A stretch of DNA of 63,946 nucleotides, the filler included, from Vicugna vicugna (Eukaryota), in assembly GCA_013265495.1 (NCBI GenBank). It is 74 parts of 73 records of this genome, joined end to end, with 100 filler letters (N's around TTAATTAATTAA, not from the genome) between each part and the next. Parts side by side here need not be neighbours in the genome. Positions count along the whole stretch, not along the records: positions 62,430 to 63,329 come from PNXW01004233.1; positions 63,430 to 63,946 come from PNXW01004236.1; 72 more parts are not named here. One strand, given 5' to 3'. Both the position numbers and the translations under genes were made by a program. Within the stretch, counting starts at the first letter, position 1, and each line of letters opens with the position of its first letter. The notes below the pieces were generated by a model that worked only from the letters and a program-made list of their open reading frames with translations, searched no databases and was not told the origin of the DNA. Of this stretch, positions 62,330 through 63,946 are shown piece after piece.

Positions 62330-62964
62330 NNNNNNNNNNNNNNNNNNNNNNNNNNNNNNNNNNNNNNNNNNNNTTAATTAATTAANNNNNNNNNNNNNNN
62401 NNNNNNNNNNNNNNNNNNNNNNNNNNNNNGTAAAAGACCCTTCCCAAAGTCATGGCACTAAAAATGACAAAGCCCCAACAATCCTGCCACAGATCTGACT
62501 GACAGCAGACACAACTCGTCCTGACGTGAACCACTGCCTTTTCAGAACCCGGCTCCATCTCCCCAGTCCGACTCTCTCTCCCCAGTGTCCAACGCGCAGT
62601 CTCTCCTTCAACACCCTGTTTCTTCAAAGCTCCACGAACACTAAGCATACTCCTACCCAGTCCCTTCGCTTCACGTCACCACCCTCTTTAACAAAGCCAT
62701 CTCTCTCAGTTCTACTGATCCCTAGAAGAAAGCACACGTCCCAGCCGCCCTGAGCTAGTCCCCGCCGACGGGTGTTCCCAGCTGTCCCTGGTCCTCCGCA
62801 CTGCTCATACTGTGCAGCCAGCGCTGGTCTCTGCAGCACGCCTCTCGCGGAGGGTGGGCCCACCTCTGCATCACTCAGTGCAGTGCGCCGCACAGAAACG
62901 GATGAGCATCTGCTCCTCTGGACAAAAAGGCTCTCCCGTTGCTTTCACTGCATTTTACACTTAC

Positions 62965-62998
62965 AAGATCAATAACTTCTTTACCCAACTTTGAGCCA
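62965..62998 (-). CDS. Candidate 34-bp coding exon
   Basis: Acceptor TTAGTTTTGTTCAG, donor CTT|GTAAGT; frame (C)GSKLGKEVIDL continues the upstream candidate exon. Confidence 0.45.
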
Positions 62999-63165
62999 CT
63001 GAACAAAACTAAGTCAAAATACCAACTGTAATTAAATACTATAACCGAAGTTTAGCTGACATTTTAAATATAAAAATAACAATTTTTCACGTCCACAAGG
63101 ACAAGAAACAGACTCTTAAGAAGGTAATGCAGATACTTGGCTTTTCTTGGCTCACAGTGACTCAC

Positions 63166-63248
63166 CACAGAGTCAAGGAAAGGTGCTCTGAAGCTCTGCT
63201 GGAACGTAGGTGAGCCAAGGTCCTCGACAAGGAGAAAGAAAAACCTCC
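63166..63248 (-). CDS. Candidate 83-bp coding exon
   Basis: Acceptor TTTGACTCCTGTCCAG, donor GTG|GTGAGT; open frame GGFSFSLSRTLAHLRSSRASEHLSLTL ending in phase 2. Confidence 0.45.
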
Positions 63249-63429
63249 CTGGACAGGAGTCAAACGAAGCCTATGTGGTACTGAGACGTCATCTGTCTTG
63301 AAGCATCACATGATGTTAAAAAGGTACTANNNNNNNNNNNNNNNNNNNNNNNNNNNNNNNNNNNNNNNNNNNNTTAATTAATTAANNNNNNNNNNNNNNN
63401 NNNNNNNNNNNNNNNNNNNNNNNNNNNNN

Positions 63430-63946
63430 AAGTGATCTAAATACAATTGTTGAAAACAAATAAATGGATGTAAGTAAAATAAAAAGTTTCTAGGTACACT
63501 TACAAAATAGTTTCTCCAAATCTTTTTGGTAACCTGAAATCTTAAAGATATGCTAAATTAAGCTAAATGATGCATAGTCTTTCAATATCTAGATCATTCC
63601 CAAAAAAGATAAAATATTGAAACATTAATTACTGAACACAAGTTTCTCTACTTTTGTCTTCATTTTACAAACAAACTGCAGATATTTGGGTCTTTCAGTA
63701 AACATGGCTTGGTGCTGAGAAATTTTCTGTGAGAGAGCACATATTTCTAGAAATGATGAAAAATGTTTATGTCTGCCAATCCACAGAATGTTAATGTAAA
63801 AGACAGTCCATAATTGTTTACTTTTTAGCTTTCACTAAAATTTAAAGATTTCTAAGGGTTAAAAAATTCTGTGATTAAAGGAAATATCTCTAAATATCTC
63901 TATAATGGCAAGAAGAGTAAGATGTGTTTTTGGTTTCAAAAAGGAT
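63430..63946 (+). mobile_element. ERV1 (MER4-group-like) non-coding internal sequence
   Basis: TTTTTGGTAACCTGAAATCTTAAAG.TATGCTAAATTAAG...ATCTAGATCATT...GATAAAATATTGAAACATTAATT.CTGAACA resembles the AT-rich MER4-group internal region. Confidence 0.6.

Noticed and set aside
255..63385. CRISPR-like array of identical TTAATTAATTAA repeats with unique 'spacers'
   Set aside because: The repeat is 12 bp, always embedded in N44 padding, spacers are 0.2-1.8 kb, there are no cas genes and the context is mammalian; it is an artificial linker.

Overview
This window is not a contiguous locus. It is a concatenation of about 74 short (0.2-1.8 kb, often internally gapped) unplaced scaffolds from a mammalian draft assembly. 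They are joined by about 73 identical artificial 100-bp linkers (44 N + TTAATTAATTAA + 44 N), so neighbouring scaffolds have no biological adjacency. The L1 3' ends and one tRNA-derived SINE look cetartiodactyl, probably camelid (inference). About 33 scaffolds are tandem repeats in six families. A is a GC/CpG-rich 267-bp satellite with a CENP-B-box-like motif. B is a diverged ~266-bp-subunit higher-order repeat (HOR) homologous to A. C is an AT-rich ~748-bp trimeric HOR of ~245-255-bp subunits. D is a ~247-250-bp satellite homologous to C. E is a heptamer-based (AGAATAT-type) satellite. F is a ~40/51-bp minisatellite. The remaining scaffolds are L1, L2, MIR, MER2, ERV/LTR fragments and unique sequence, including a CpG island with a CTCF-like site and a few candidate spliced exons I cannot assign to genes. 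No complete protein-coding gene, RNA gene or CRISPR array is present, and nearly all listed ORFs are artefacts of N-runs or repeat periodicity. I found no convincing novel biological system; the most interesting signal is the satellite architecture.
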